From assembly GCA_053919585.1 (NCBI GenBank), contig CM132792.1: a stretch of DNA of 64,000 nt. One strand, written 5' to 3'. Positions 11,901 to 23,000 of the stretch are shown here, piece by piece. The notes below the pieces were generated by a model. It saw nothing but the letters and a program-made list of their open reading frames with translations. It was not told the DNA's origin and did not search any database. This DNA comes from Euprymna scolopes. Taxonomy: Eukaryota. How positions within the stretch are numbered: position 1 is the first letter of the stretch; every line of letters begins with the position of its first letter. The position numbers and the translations under genes were made by a program.

Positions 11901-14900
11901 GTATTTGTTTAGGTTTTATTTCAATTGTGTATTTTTTAGGTTTTATTTCAATTGTGTATTTTTTAGGTTTTATTTCAATGGTGTATTTTTTAGGTTTTAT
12001 TTCAATTGTGTATTTTTTAGGTTTTATTTCAATTGTGTATTTTTTAGGTTTTTGTTCAATTGTGTATTCGTTTAAGTTTTATTTCAATAGTTTATTTGTT
12101 TAGGTTTTATTTCAATTGTGTATTCGTTTAGGTTTAATTTCAATTGTGTATTTGTTTAGGTTTTATTTCAATTGTGTATTCGTTTAGGTTTTATTTCAAT
12201 GGTTTATTTTTTTAGGTTTTATTTCAATAGTTTATTTTTTTGGGTTTTATTTCAATAGTTTATTTTTTTAGGTTTTATTTCAATAGTTTATTTGTTTAGG
12301 TTTTATTTCAATAGTTTATTTGTTTAGGTTTTATTTCAATAGTTTATTTGTTTAGGTGTTATTTCAATTGTTTATTTGTTTAGCTTTTATTTCAATTGTG
12401 TATTTGTTTAGCTTTTATTTCAATTGTGTATTCGTTTAGGTTTTATTTCAATTGTGTATTCGTTTAGGTTTTCTTTCAATTGTGTATTCGTTTAGGTTTT
12501 CTTTCAATTGTGTATTCGTTTAGGTTTTATTTCAATTTTGTATTCGTTTAGGTTTTATTTCAATTGTGTATTCGTTTAGGTGTTATTTCAATTGTGTATT
12601 CGTTTAGGTTTTATTTCAATCGTGTATTCGTTTAGGTTTTATTTCAATCGTGTATTCGTTTAGGTTTTATTTCAATCGTGTATTCGTTTAGGTTTTATTT
12701 CAATTGTGTATTCGTTTAGGTTTTATTTCAATAGTTTAATTGTGTAGATTTATTTTAAAAGTTTAATTGTTTATGTTTTATTTCAATAGTTTAGATGTTT
12801 AGGTTTTATTTCAATAGTTTATTTGTTTAGGTTTTGTTTCAATAGTTTATTTGTTTAGGTTTTATTTCAATAGTTTATTTGTTTAGGTTTTATTTCAATA
12901 GTTTATTTGTTTAGGTTTTATTTCAATAGTTTAGTTGTTTAGGTTTTATTTCAATAGTTTATTTGTTTAGGTTTTATTTCTATTGTTTATTTGTTAAGGT
13001 TTTATTTCAATAGTTTATTTGTTTAGGTTTTATTTCAATTGTGTATTTGTTTAGGTTTTATTTCAATAGTTTATTTGTTTAGGTTTTATTTCAATAGTTT
13101 ATTTGTTTAGGTTTTATTTCAATAGTTTAGTTGTTTAGGTTTTATTTCAATAGTTTATTTGTTTAGGTTTTATTTCTATTGTTTATTTGTTAAGGTTTTA
13201 TTTCAATAGTTTATTTGTTTAGGTTTTATTTCTATTGTTTATTTGTTAAGGTTTTATTTCAATTGTGTATTTGTTTAGGTTTTATTTCAATTGTGTATTT
13301 GTTTAGGTTTTATTTCAATTGTGTATTTGTTTAGGTTTTATTTCAATTGTGTATTTGTTTAGGTTTTATTTCAATTGTGTATTTGTTTAGGTTTTATTTC
13401 AATTGTGTATTTTTCAGGTTTTATTTCAATTGTGTATTCGTTTAGGTTTTATTTCAATTGTGTATTCGTTTAGGTTTTATTTCAATTGTGTATTCCTTTA
13501 GGTGTTATTTCAAATGTGTATTCGTTTAGGTGTTCTTTCAATTGTGTATTCGTTTAGGTGTTCTTTCAATTGTGTATTCGTTTAGGTTTTGTTTCAATTG
13601 TGTATTCGTTTAGGTTTTATTTCAGTTGTATATTCGTTTAGGTTTTATTTCAATTGTGTATTCGTTTAGGTTTTATTTCAATTGTGTATTCGTTTAGGTT
13701 TTATTTCAATAGTTTAGATGTTTAGGTTTTATTTCAATAGTTTAGATGTTTAGGTTTTATTTCAATTGTGTATTTGTTTAGGTTTTATTTCAATAGTTTA
13801 TTTGTTTAGGTTTTATTTCAATTGTGTATTCGTTTAGGTTTTATTTCAATTGTGTATTCGTTTAGATTTTATTTCAATAGTTTAGATGTTTAGGTTTTAT
13901 TTCAATAGTTTAGATGTTTAGGTTTTATTTCAATTGTTTATTTGTTTAGGTTTTATTTCAATTGTGTATTCGTTTAGGTTTTATTTCAATTGTGTATTCG
14001 TTTAGGTTTTATTTCAATTGTGTATTCGTTTAGGTTTTATTTCAATTGTGTATTCGTTTAGGTTTTATTTCAATTGTGTATTCGTTTAGGTTTTATTTCA
14101 ATTGTGTATTCGTTTAGGTTTTATTTCAATTGTTTATTCGTTTAGGTTTTATTTCAATTGTGTATTCGTTTAGGTTTTATTTCAATTGTGCATTCGTTTA
14201 GGTTTTATTTCAATTGTGTATTCGTTTAGGTTTTATTTCAATTGTGTATTCGTTTAGGTTTTATTTCAATTGTGTATTCGTTTAGGTTTTATTTCAATTG
14301 TGTATTCGTTTAGGTTTTATTTCAATTGTGTATTCGTTTAGGTATTATTTCAATTGTGTATTCGTTTAGGTATTATTTCAATTGCGTATTCGTTTTGCTT
14401 TTATTTCAATTGCGTATTCGTTTAGGTTTTATTTCAATTGTGTATTCGTTTAGGTTTTATTTCAAATGTGTATTCGTTTAGGTTTTATTTCAATTGTGTA
14501 TTCGTTTAGGTTTTATTTCAATTGTGTATTTGTTTAGGTTTTATTTCAATTGTGTATTTGTTTAGGTTTTATTTCAATTGTGTATTTGTTTAGGTTTTAT
14601 TTCAATTGTGTATTCGTTTAGATTTTATTTCAATTGTGTATTTGTTTAGGTTTTATTTCAATTGTGTATTCGGTTAGGTTTTATTTCAATAGTTTAATTG
14701 TGTAGATTTATTTTAAAATTTTAATTGTTTGTTTTATTTCAATAGTGTAATTGTGTAGGTTTTATTTCAATAGTTTAATTGTGTAGGTTTTATTTCAATA
14801 GTTTATTTGTTTAGGTTTTATTTCAATAGTTTATTTGTTCAGGTTTTATTTCAATAGTTTATTCCTGTAGGTTTTATTTCAATAGTTTATTTGTGTAGGT

Positions 14901-15546
14901 TTTATTTCAATTGTTTATTTGTTTAGGTTTTATTTCAATTGTGTATTCGTTTAGGTTTTATTTCAATTGTGTATTCGTTTAGGTTTTATTTCAATTGTGT
15001 ATTTGTTTAGGTTTATTTCAATTGTGTATTTATTTAGGTTTTATTTCAATTGTGTATTTGTTTAGTTTTTTTTTATGTATGAGTATCTTGTGTAGGAGAC
15101 GGGGAGTCTCGTCGTGGGCGACGAAGCGTTTCACTGAAGAACTACGGCAACACACAGCGAACCAACAAACAATGACAGCCACGGCGCGAAGGTAACTAAC
15201 AAAGCTCAGCTGACTGCATGAATAGAAACGGAACCCAACGCTCACTGTACTGATCGCCATGAACGTCAGAACCTGACTGCCTCGCACCTCCAATGGACCG
15301 ATTTTTATTCCTCAAGATGGCCTAGCTAATTTGCATCCCCGCGCGATCCTGCGAGATTCTGTCTCTTATAAGAGCAGGCAGGCGCCATCTTTAAACTCTT
15401 TCGTCCGCTGCCCCGACGACAGGATCAGCCACCACCCCACACGCCAGGCACACACGGACCCTCTTGCGCCGAGGGCTACGGTTATTCTCACACTCCCCCC
15501 TGGTCTCCAGATCACATACGTGACACGGCGGACGTGGCCGTTTGAT

Positions 15547-18433
15547 TCAAGCATTCCTGCGGAGGGGTATTGCCGGGACTTCCTCATTGGAGCTGTCAGA
15601 ATTGTCATCGGAAGCATCAGCATTAGAGCTTGCAGTTGAGTCATCAGGTTCGTGGGGCACGGGTTGGATCCATCGCTCATCGTCGGATGACTCGCTACTT
15701 CCACTGCTCGCCGATTGGTCAGCGCTTAGAGCGGGCCGGACATCCCTTACGTGGCGCGGAGTATCATCGACTAGTATGGCCTGTTCACTGATGACGCCGG
15801 TGACCCGCCCCCTCCAAAAGCTGCTGGTGCACCGGCCGCCGGGTGCCTTCACCCAGACGGTGTCTCCCATTTAGTACATCCCCTGGGGTTCTCGTTGGTC
15901 GGGTAGACACACTTCAACGTCCTTGACGCGCACATGGTAGTGATGAATCACATCAGCGGGCACAGTGCCGCCAGTCACGGCGTCCTTAGGCGTTGTGTTG
16001 TATCTGTAAACCGCCTCCGCGATCGTACACTTCTTCCTGGCCGCGATCCTCTTCACGGTTCGGTTGCACCGCTCCGCTATGCCGTTGCCGCTCGGCACAT
16101 ACGCGCATCGGTGTCGAAGGCGGATCCCCCAGTTGTCCCTAAAATGCCTAAATTCCCTGCTGCAGAACGCTGTGTCGTTATCCGTGAGGATCTCCTCAGG
16201 CGGCCCCCTTTCGTAGAATATGGATTCCAATTCGTGGATGACACTGGTGGAATCCTGCCTCGCTAATTGGCGCCAAATCGCGAACCTCGTTGGCCCGCAG
16301 TCTCAGCGTGAGGAAGTGTTGGCTGCCGTAGTGGGTTATATCCATACCCAACCGACTCCAAGTCGTGTCCACTCCCAGTTGTCCTTTCCGCCATCTGGCT
16401 GGGGCGGGGTCGATGGACTGGCACGTTTGGCACTCCCTGACCACTGCTCTTACTGCGCTGTTTGGTATTGATGGTCTAGCCAACTTCACAAAGTAGTAGG
16501 TCCGTTGTACTCCGGGGTGCGCACTGTCGTGATGTATCTTCCTGATTTCGTCCTCCTCGACGGAGGCAGCACACAGAGGCAATGGCTTAGCTTCTTTTTT
16601 CATAGCCTCATACCATCTCCGTGGTACCCGAGTGAGCTTGTCGGCGAGGTTGTAGTCCGAGGTGACGAGCACTACGTCTACGGACAGGTTGTACTCCGTC
16701 ACCAGTTTTTTTACAGTCTCCAGCCTCCATCTTATCAGCATTTCGCTGGCTGCCTTGGTGCGTTCCCTGGCCTTGCTCGTGAGTGTGTCCGACACCCAGT
16801 GGTGCACGCAAAGTGAGTCAGTGTGCACACGCAGTTTCTTCACTTCCCATTGAAGTGCCAGGTTAATGCCCTTTATTACAGCGTCGAGTTCTGCCAGGTT
16901 GATATGGGCAGCATCATTCGCCGGTCGCAGCCAGCAGGCATCCTCAACTACGGCCCCATCTTTCTCCAAAACTACACCGATCGCTAGAGAACTTGCGTCC
17001 ACCCACACGCTCAGTTCGTCTCCCTGCACGCACCAATCCCCTGTGGCGGGGTCATTCTTTTTCACACTAGCGACGGTCTCCTTTAACATTCGGACCAATA
17101 GTTCGTCGGTTATGTCATCGTCCCAGCCTTTGGTGACCGCATTTGCCCTCCTTTTTATGACGCCTGTCGCCGCACGAACCCATCCGCATACTGGAAGGTG
17201 CCCCACAAGTTTCCCGCACAGGGAGAACACGGCACGTCTTGTGTAAACGTCGGGAACTGCGGTTCCATGCCTCCACTTCAGGATCCCTCGCTCCTCTTGA
17301 ACGCTCAAGCCCAATACGCGGGCGCCATCCTCAAGCCGCTCAGAGTCCTTGCAGTTTAGACCAAACTCGGCAAGTTTGGATCTTACGCGCGAAGATGACA
17401 CGATATCTTCGTTCACGTATATATCGTCAATATACGCCGATGTTCCCTTTCTGATCCATTCTTCTTGTGACAACACGGCATTGACGATAGCCTTCATTAT
17501 CTGGGGTGCTACGTTTAGCCCAAATCCGAGTCGCGTAAGACAGTATCTCTTCCCGGAAAACATCACTGTCTGGAAAGGCCACATCGCCTCGCCAATCCGG
17601 ACCTGCAAGTATGCTTTTCTCAAGTCCAGTAGGGACACATTGGACCCCTGCCGGCGCCACTCTCGCAGCTTGCTGGCACAGACGTCGGCGTCCGCTGTGA
17701 ACGCATCAACATGCGCATTCAACTCGCGGTAGTCCATTACCGGCCTCACCTTTGACTTGTTAGGTTGGGCAACTGCCATCAGCGGTATCAGGCCCTTGGG
17801 GGGTCCAAGTTTGTCGTAGGGGTATGGAATCAGCCAACCGTTCTTAATCCATTCACGGAGCTCGCTTTCGTATGCAGGCCTTATCTGGTCGGGCATACAG
17901 TACTCTGCCACTTTGTTTTGTAGTTTGGCCGGTTCCTTGTCTTCTGACCACCTCCAAGTGGCGGTCCACGCCTTCTGTTGGTCGTCGAATTCCGCACTGA
18001 AGTCCGGCTGGTCGACTCTTAGTGCTGCGCACACCGGGGGCCTATCCTGAAACTCTACAACGCCAGCGCGCGTTATGCGCACGCCGCCCAGGGCTTTGAT
18101 GGCATCGTAGCCTAGCAACAGGTCGAAACTCAGCGGCTTTTCGCGTGTCACCAGCGCTTCGACGTTGGCCGAGTTCCCAGTTCTTGTGCGAATGTGTACC
18201 ACACCCACGCCGCAACACATTCGTATTTTTCCAGTAATGGTAGTTATCCTGACGTTCTTCTTTTTCCACGCCCGACAGAAGTCCGCACACACTATGATGC
18301 GGGAGCAACCGGAATCAAGGAGGGCTGAACATAACGTGTCATTAACTCGGACCTGAATGACAGGGAGCGCCTTGTTTATTTTCTGTTCGGGGAAGAGGTC
18401 GGCACTGGCACCTTGTCCCCGTCCCCGTTTCCC
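15547..18433 (-). pseudogene. pol: G2 Pol (PR-RT-RH-IN), frameshift ~16305 and stop at 15871-15873
   Basis: PR LLDSGC; RT LDLRKAYLQV, YIDDIYV; RH WVDAS, NLAELDA; IN HHDSAHPG..CQTC, MDITH, LTDND, GIAERC. Confidence 0.92.
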
Positions 18434-19119
18434 GCACAGTCTCGGGCCATGTGCCCAGTCTTGTTACAGCGGTAGCAGCGAACAGCCGTCGACCGCCTTC
18501 TACAATTTCTTGCCATGTGACCCCGCCCGTTGCATCTGTAGTAGATGACATCACCTTGCGGGCTGGGTCCCTGAGACGGTCTTTCGCCACTTGGTGGGGC
18601 CTGTGCGACGGCGACTATCGGTTCCTGCACCGTCGAGTCATCCTTCATTATTGTCCTGGCTCTGTCCACTAGGTCATTCAGCGGTAATGAGGATATGGTA
18701 GATGTTGCTCGCAGGAGCTGCTTTGCTCCAGCGGGGAGTCCTGACAGGAATTTGTAGGCTAGGGCCCTCTCGGGAAGACCGCCGAACAACACCGTCAGCT
18801 TCTTAAGTTCGGCGAGATACACGTCCACAGTTTCGCCCAAGCGTATAGACCTCGTCTCAAACTGCTCCCATGCAGTGGCGGGGTCAGTGGCGAACGCCCT
18901 GTACAACGCCGCCTTGATACTCAAGTAGTCACACTTCTCCTCAGCGCTGAGTTGCTGATATACAGCGAAGGCCCCGCCGGTCAGCCGCAGAGGAATCACG
19001 CGCTCGACATTTTTCACGCCGGACAACTGACAATGTAACTCGACCTTCTCAACCCAGCTGAGTACCGGGTCGGATCCGTCGAATTCCGGTATCAACTTTA
19101 GATCGAACCTATCCGCCAT
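18376..19119 (-). CDS. gag: G2 Gag (probable start MADRFDLKLIPEFDG)
   Basis: Zinc knuckles YYRCNGRGHMARNC (first Cys lost) and CYRCNKTGHMARDC; the ORF-track start at 19257 lies inside the LTR. Confidence 0.85.
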   Translation of the reverse strand: MADRFDLKLIPEFDGSDPVLSWVEKVELHCQLSGVKNVERVIPLRLTGGAFAVYQQLSAEEKCDYLSIKAALYRAFATDPATAWEQFETRSIRLGETVDVYLAELKKLTVLFGGLPERALAYKFLSGLPAGAKQLLRATSTISSLPLNDLVDRARTIMKDDSTVQEPIVAVAQAPPSGERPSQGPSPQGDVIYYRCNGRGHMARNCRRRSTAVRCYRCNKTGHMARDCAGNGDGDKVPVPTSSPNRK

Positions 19120-19581
19120 TGAAGAAAAGAAAACCAAGTTCGGAGTGGGGGCGCCGAAATAGCTTGTATGAGTATTTTGTGTAGGAGACGGGGAGTCTCG
19201 TCGTGGGCGAGGAAGCGTTTCACTGAAGAACCACGGCAACACACAGCGAACCAACAAACAATGACAGCCACGGCGCGAAGGTAACTAACAAAGCTCAGCT
19301 GACTGCACGAATAGAAACGGAACCCAACAGTCACTGTACTGATCGCCACGAACGTCAGAACCCGACTGCCTCGCACCTCCAATGGACCGATTTTTATTCC
19401 TCAAGATGGCCTAGCTAATTTGCATCCCCGCGCGATCCTGCGAGATTCTGTCTCTAATAAGAGCAGGCAGGCGCCATCTTTAAACTCTTTCGTCCGCTGC
19501 CCCGACGACAGGATCAGCCACCACCCCACACGCCAGGCACACACGGACCCTCTTGCGCCGAGGGCTACGGTTATTCTCACA

Positions 19582-20094
19582 CTCCCCCCTGGTCTCCAGA
19601 TCACATACGTGACACGGCGGACGTGGCCGTTTGATTCAAGCATTCCTGCGGAGGGGTATTGCCGGGACTTCCTCATTGGAGCTGTCAGAATTGTCATCGG
19701 AAGCATCAGCATTAGAGCTTGCAGTTGAGTCATCAGGTTCGTGGGGCACGGGTTGGATCCATCGCTCATCGTCGGATGACTCGATACTTCCACTGCTCGC
19801 CGATTGGTCAGCGCTTAGAGCGGGCCGGACATCCCTTACGTGGCGCGGAGTATCATCGACTAGTATGGCCTGTTCACTGATGACGCCGACTGATTTTTAT
19901 TCCTCAAGATGGCCTAGCTAATTTGCATCCCTGCGAGATCTCGCGCGATCCTGCGAGATTCCGTCTCTAATAAGAGCAGGCAGGCGCCATCTTGAAACTC
20001 TTTCGTCCGCTGCCCCGACCACAGGATCAGCCACCACCCCACACGCCAGGCACACACGGACCCTCTTGCGCCGAGGGCTACGGTTAGTCTCACA
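19582..20094 (-). mobile_element. Second, internally deleted G2 copy in tandem (PPT + integrase tail 19582-19888 joined to a partial variant LTR 19888-20094)
   Basis: 19582-19888 nearly identical to 15493-15799, then jumps into LTR sequence ending TCTCACA followed by satellite AATTG. Confidence 0.9.
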
Positions 20095-23000
20095 AATTGT
20101 GTATTTGTTTAGGTTTTATTTCAATTGTGTATTTGTTTAGGTTTTATTTCAATTGTGTATTCGTTTAGGTTTTATTTCAATTGTGTATTTGTTTAGGGTT
20201 TATTTCAATAGTTTATTTGTTTAGGTTTTATTTCAATAGTTTATTTGTTTAGGTTTTATTTCAATAGTTTATTTGTTTAGGTTTTATTTCAATAGTTTAT
20301 TTGTTTAGGTTTTATTTCAATAGTTTATTTGTTTAGGTTTTATTTCAATAGTTTATTTGTTTAGGTTTTATTTCAATAGTTTATTTGTTTAGGTTTTATT
20401 TCAATAGTTTATTTGTTTAGGTTTTATTTCAATTCTTTTTGTTTAGGTTTTATTTCAATAGTTTATTTGTTTAGGTTTTATTTCAATTGTTTATTTGTTA
20501 AGGTTTTATTTCAATTGTTTATTTGTTAAGGTTTTATTTCAATAGTTTATTTGTTGAGGTTTTATTTCAATTGTTTTTTTGTTTAGGTTTTATTTCAATT
20601 GTTTACTTGTTCAGATTTTGTTTCAATTGTTTATTCGTTTAAGGTCTATTTCAATTGTTTATTCGTTTAGGTTTTATTTCAATTGTTTATTCGTCTTGAG
20701 TCTGTTTCAATTGTTTATTCGTCTTGAGTCTGTTTCAATTGTTTATTCGTCTTGAGTCTGTTTCAATTGTTTATTCGTCTTGAGTCTGTTTCAATTGTTT
20801 ATTCGTCTTGAGTCTGTTTCAATTGTTTATTCGTCTTGAGTCTGTTTCAATTGTTTATTCGTCTTGAGTCTGTTTCAAATGTACATTAGTTCAGGGTCTG
20901 TTTCAAATGTACATTAGTTTAGGGTCTGTTTAAATGTACATTAGTTTAGGGTCTTTGATTTGTACATTCGTTTGGGGTCTGTTTCAATTGTGCATTCGTT
21001 TAGGGTCTTAATTGTGCATTCGTTTAGGGTCTTAATTGTGCATTCGTTTAGGGTCTTTTTGAATAGTACAATCGTTTAGGATCTGTTTGATTAGTGTCTT
21101 TCATTTGTACATTCGTTTGGGGTCTGTTTAAATAGTGCATTCGTTTAGGGTGTGTTTGAATAGTGCATTCGTTTAGGGTGTGTTTGAATAATGCATTCGT
21201 TTAGGGTGTGTTTGAATAGTGCATTCGTTTAGGGTGTGTTTGAATAGTGCATTCGTTTAGGGTGTGTTTGAATAGTGCATTCGTTTAGGGTGTGTTTCAA
21301 TAGTGCATTCGTTTAAGGTGTGTTTCAAATGTACATTAGTTTAGGGTCTGTCTCAAATGTACATTAGTTTAGGGTCTGTCTCAAATGTACATTAGTTTAG
21401 GGTCTGTCTCAAATGTACATTAGTTTAGGGTCTGTCTCAAATGTACATTAGTTTAGGGTCTGTCTCAAATGTACATTAGTTTAGGGTCGGTCTCAAATGT
21501 ACATTAGTTTAGGGTCGGTCTCAAATGTACATTAGTTTATGGTCTTTGATTTGTACATTAGTTTAGGGTCTTAATTGCGCAGTCGTTTAGGGTGTGTTTG
21601 AATAGTGCATTCGTTTAGGGTCTGTTTGAACAGTGCATTCGTTTAGGGTCTGTTTGAACAATGCATTCGTTTAGGGTCTGTTTGAACAGTGCATTCGTTT
21701 AGGGTCTGTTTGAACAGTGCATTCGTTTAGGGTCTGTTTGAACAGTGCATTCGTTTAGGGTCTGTTTGAACAGTGCATTCGTTTAGGGTCTGTTTGAACA
21801 GTGCATTCGTTTAGGGTCTGTTTGAACAGTGCATTCGTTTAGGGTCTGTTTGAACAGTGCATTCGTTTAGGGTCTGTTTGAACAGTGCATTCGTTTAGGG
21901 TCTGTTTGAACAGTGCATTCGTGTAGGGTCTGTTTGAACAGTGCATTCGTGTAGGGTCTGTTTGAACAGTGCATTCGTGTAGGGTCTGTTTGAACAGTGC
22001 ATTCGTTTAGGGTCTGTTTGAACAGTGCATTCGTTTAGGGTCTGTTTGAATAGTGCATTCGTTTAGGGTCTGTTTGAATAGTGCATTCGTTTAGGGTCTG
22101 TTTGAATAGTGCATTCGTTTAGGGTCTGTTTGAATAGTGCATTCGTTTAGGGTCTGTTTGAATAGTGCATTCGTTTAAGGTCTGTTTGAATAGTGCATTC
22201 ATTTAGGGTCTGTTTGAATAATGCATTCTTTTTGGGTCTGATTCAATTTTGCATGCGTTTAGTGTCTATTTTAATTGTGTGTTGCTTAGGTGTTCGTCAA
22301 TTGGTTGTATTTGAATTGTGTAATCGTTTAGGGTCTATTTGAATTGTGTAATCGTTTAGGGTCTATTTGAATTGTGTAATCGTTTAGGGTCTATTAAATT
22401 GTGTAATCGTTTAGGGTCTATTGTAATTTTCCATATGTTAGGGTCTATAATTGTGTACTTGTTTATGGTATATTTCGATTGTGTATTCAATTAGTCATTT
22501 TCAATTTTGTCATCTTTCAGGTTCTCTGTTCATTGTGTGCTCGTTTAGGGGCTATTAGAATTGAGTACTGGTTTGAGTTCAGTTTGATTTGTGTATTGTG
22601 TAGGGTCTATTTCAATTGTGTACTCGTTTATGGATTACTTCAATTGTGTATTCAGTAGAGTACATTTCAATTGTTTAATCGTAGAGGGTCTATTGCAAGT
22701 CTGTCGTTTCTTTAGGATGTATTTAAATTGTGTACTCGGTGAGGGTCCATTACAATTTAACATTCGTTTAGGGCCTATTAAAATTGTGCATTCGTTTAGA
22801 GTTTGTTAAAAGTGTGCATTCGTTTAGAGTTTGTTAAAAGTGTGCATTCGTTTAGAGTTTGTTAAAAGTGTGCATTCGTTTAGAGTTTGTTAAAAGTGTG
22901 GATTCGTTTAGAGTTTGTTAAAAGTGTGCATTCGTTTAGAGTTTGTTAAAAGTGTGCATTCGTTTAGAGTTTGTTAAAAGTGTGCATTCGTTTAGAGTTT

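Larger units (their letters stand above)
15076..19581 (-). mobile_element. GC-rich Ty3/Gypsy LTR retrotransposon (element G2)
   Basis: 417-bp LTRs at 15076-15492 and 19165-19581 (TG..CA, about 9 mismatches by eye); PPT AGGGGGGAG; gag then -1 pol. Confidence 0.95.

Noticed and set aside
14995-19921. Numerous antisense and alternate-frame ORFs within G2 (and similar ones in G3 and the LINEs)
   Set aside because: Expected in GC-rich TE coding DNA; no recognisable domains
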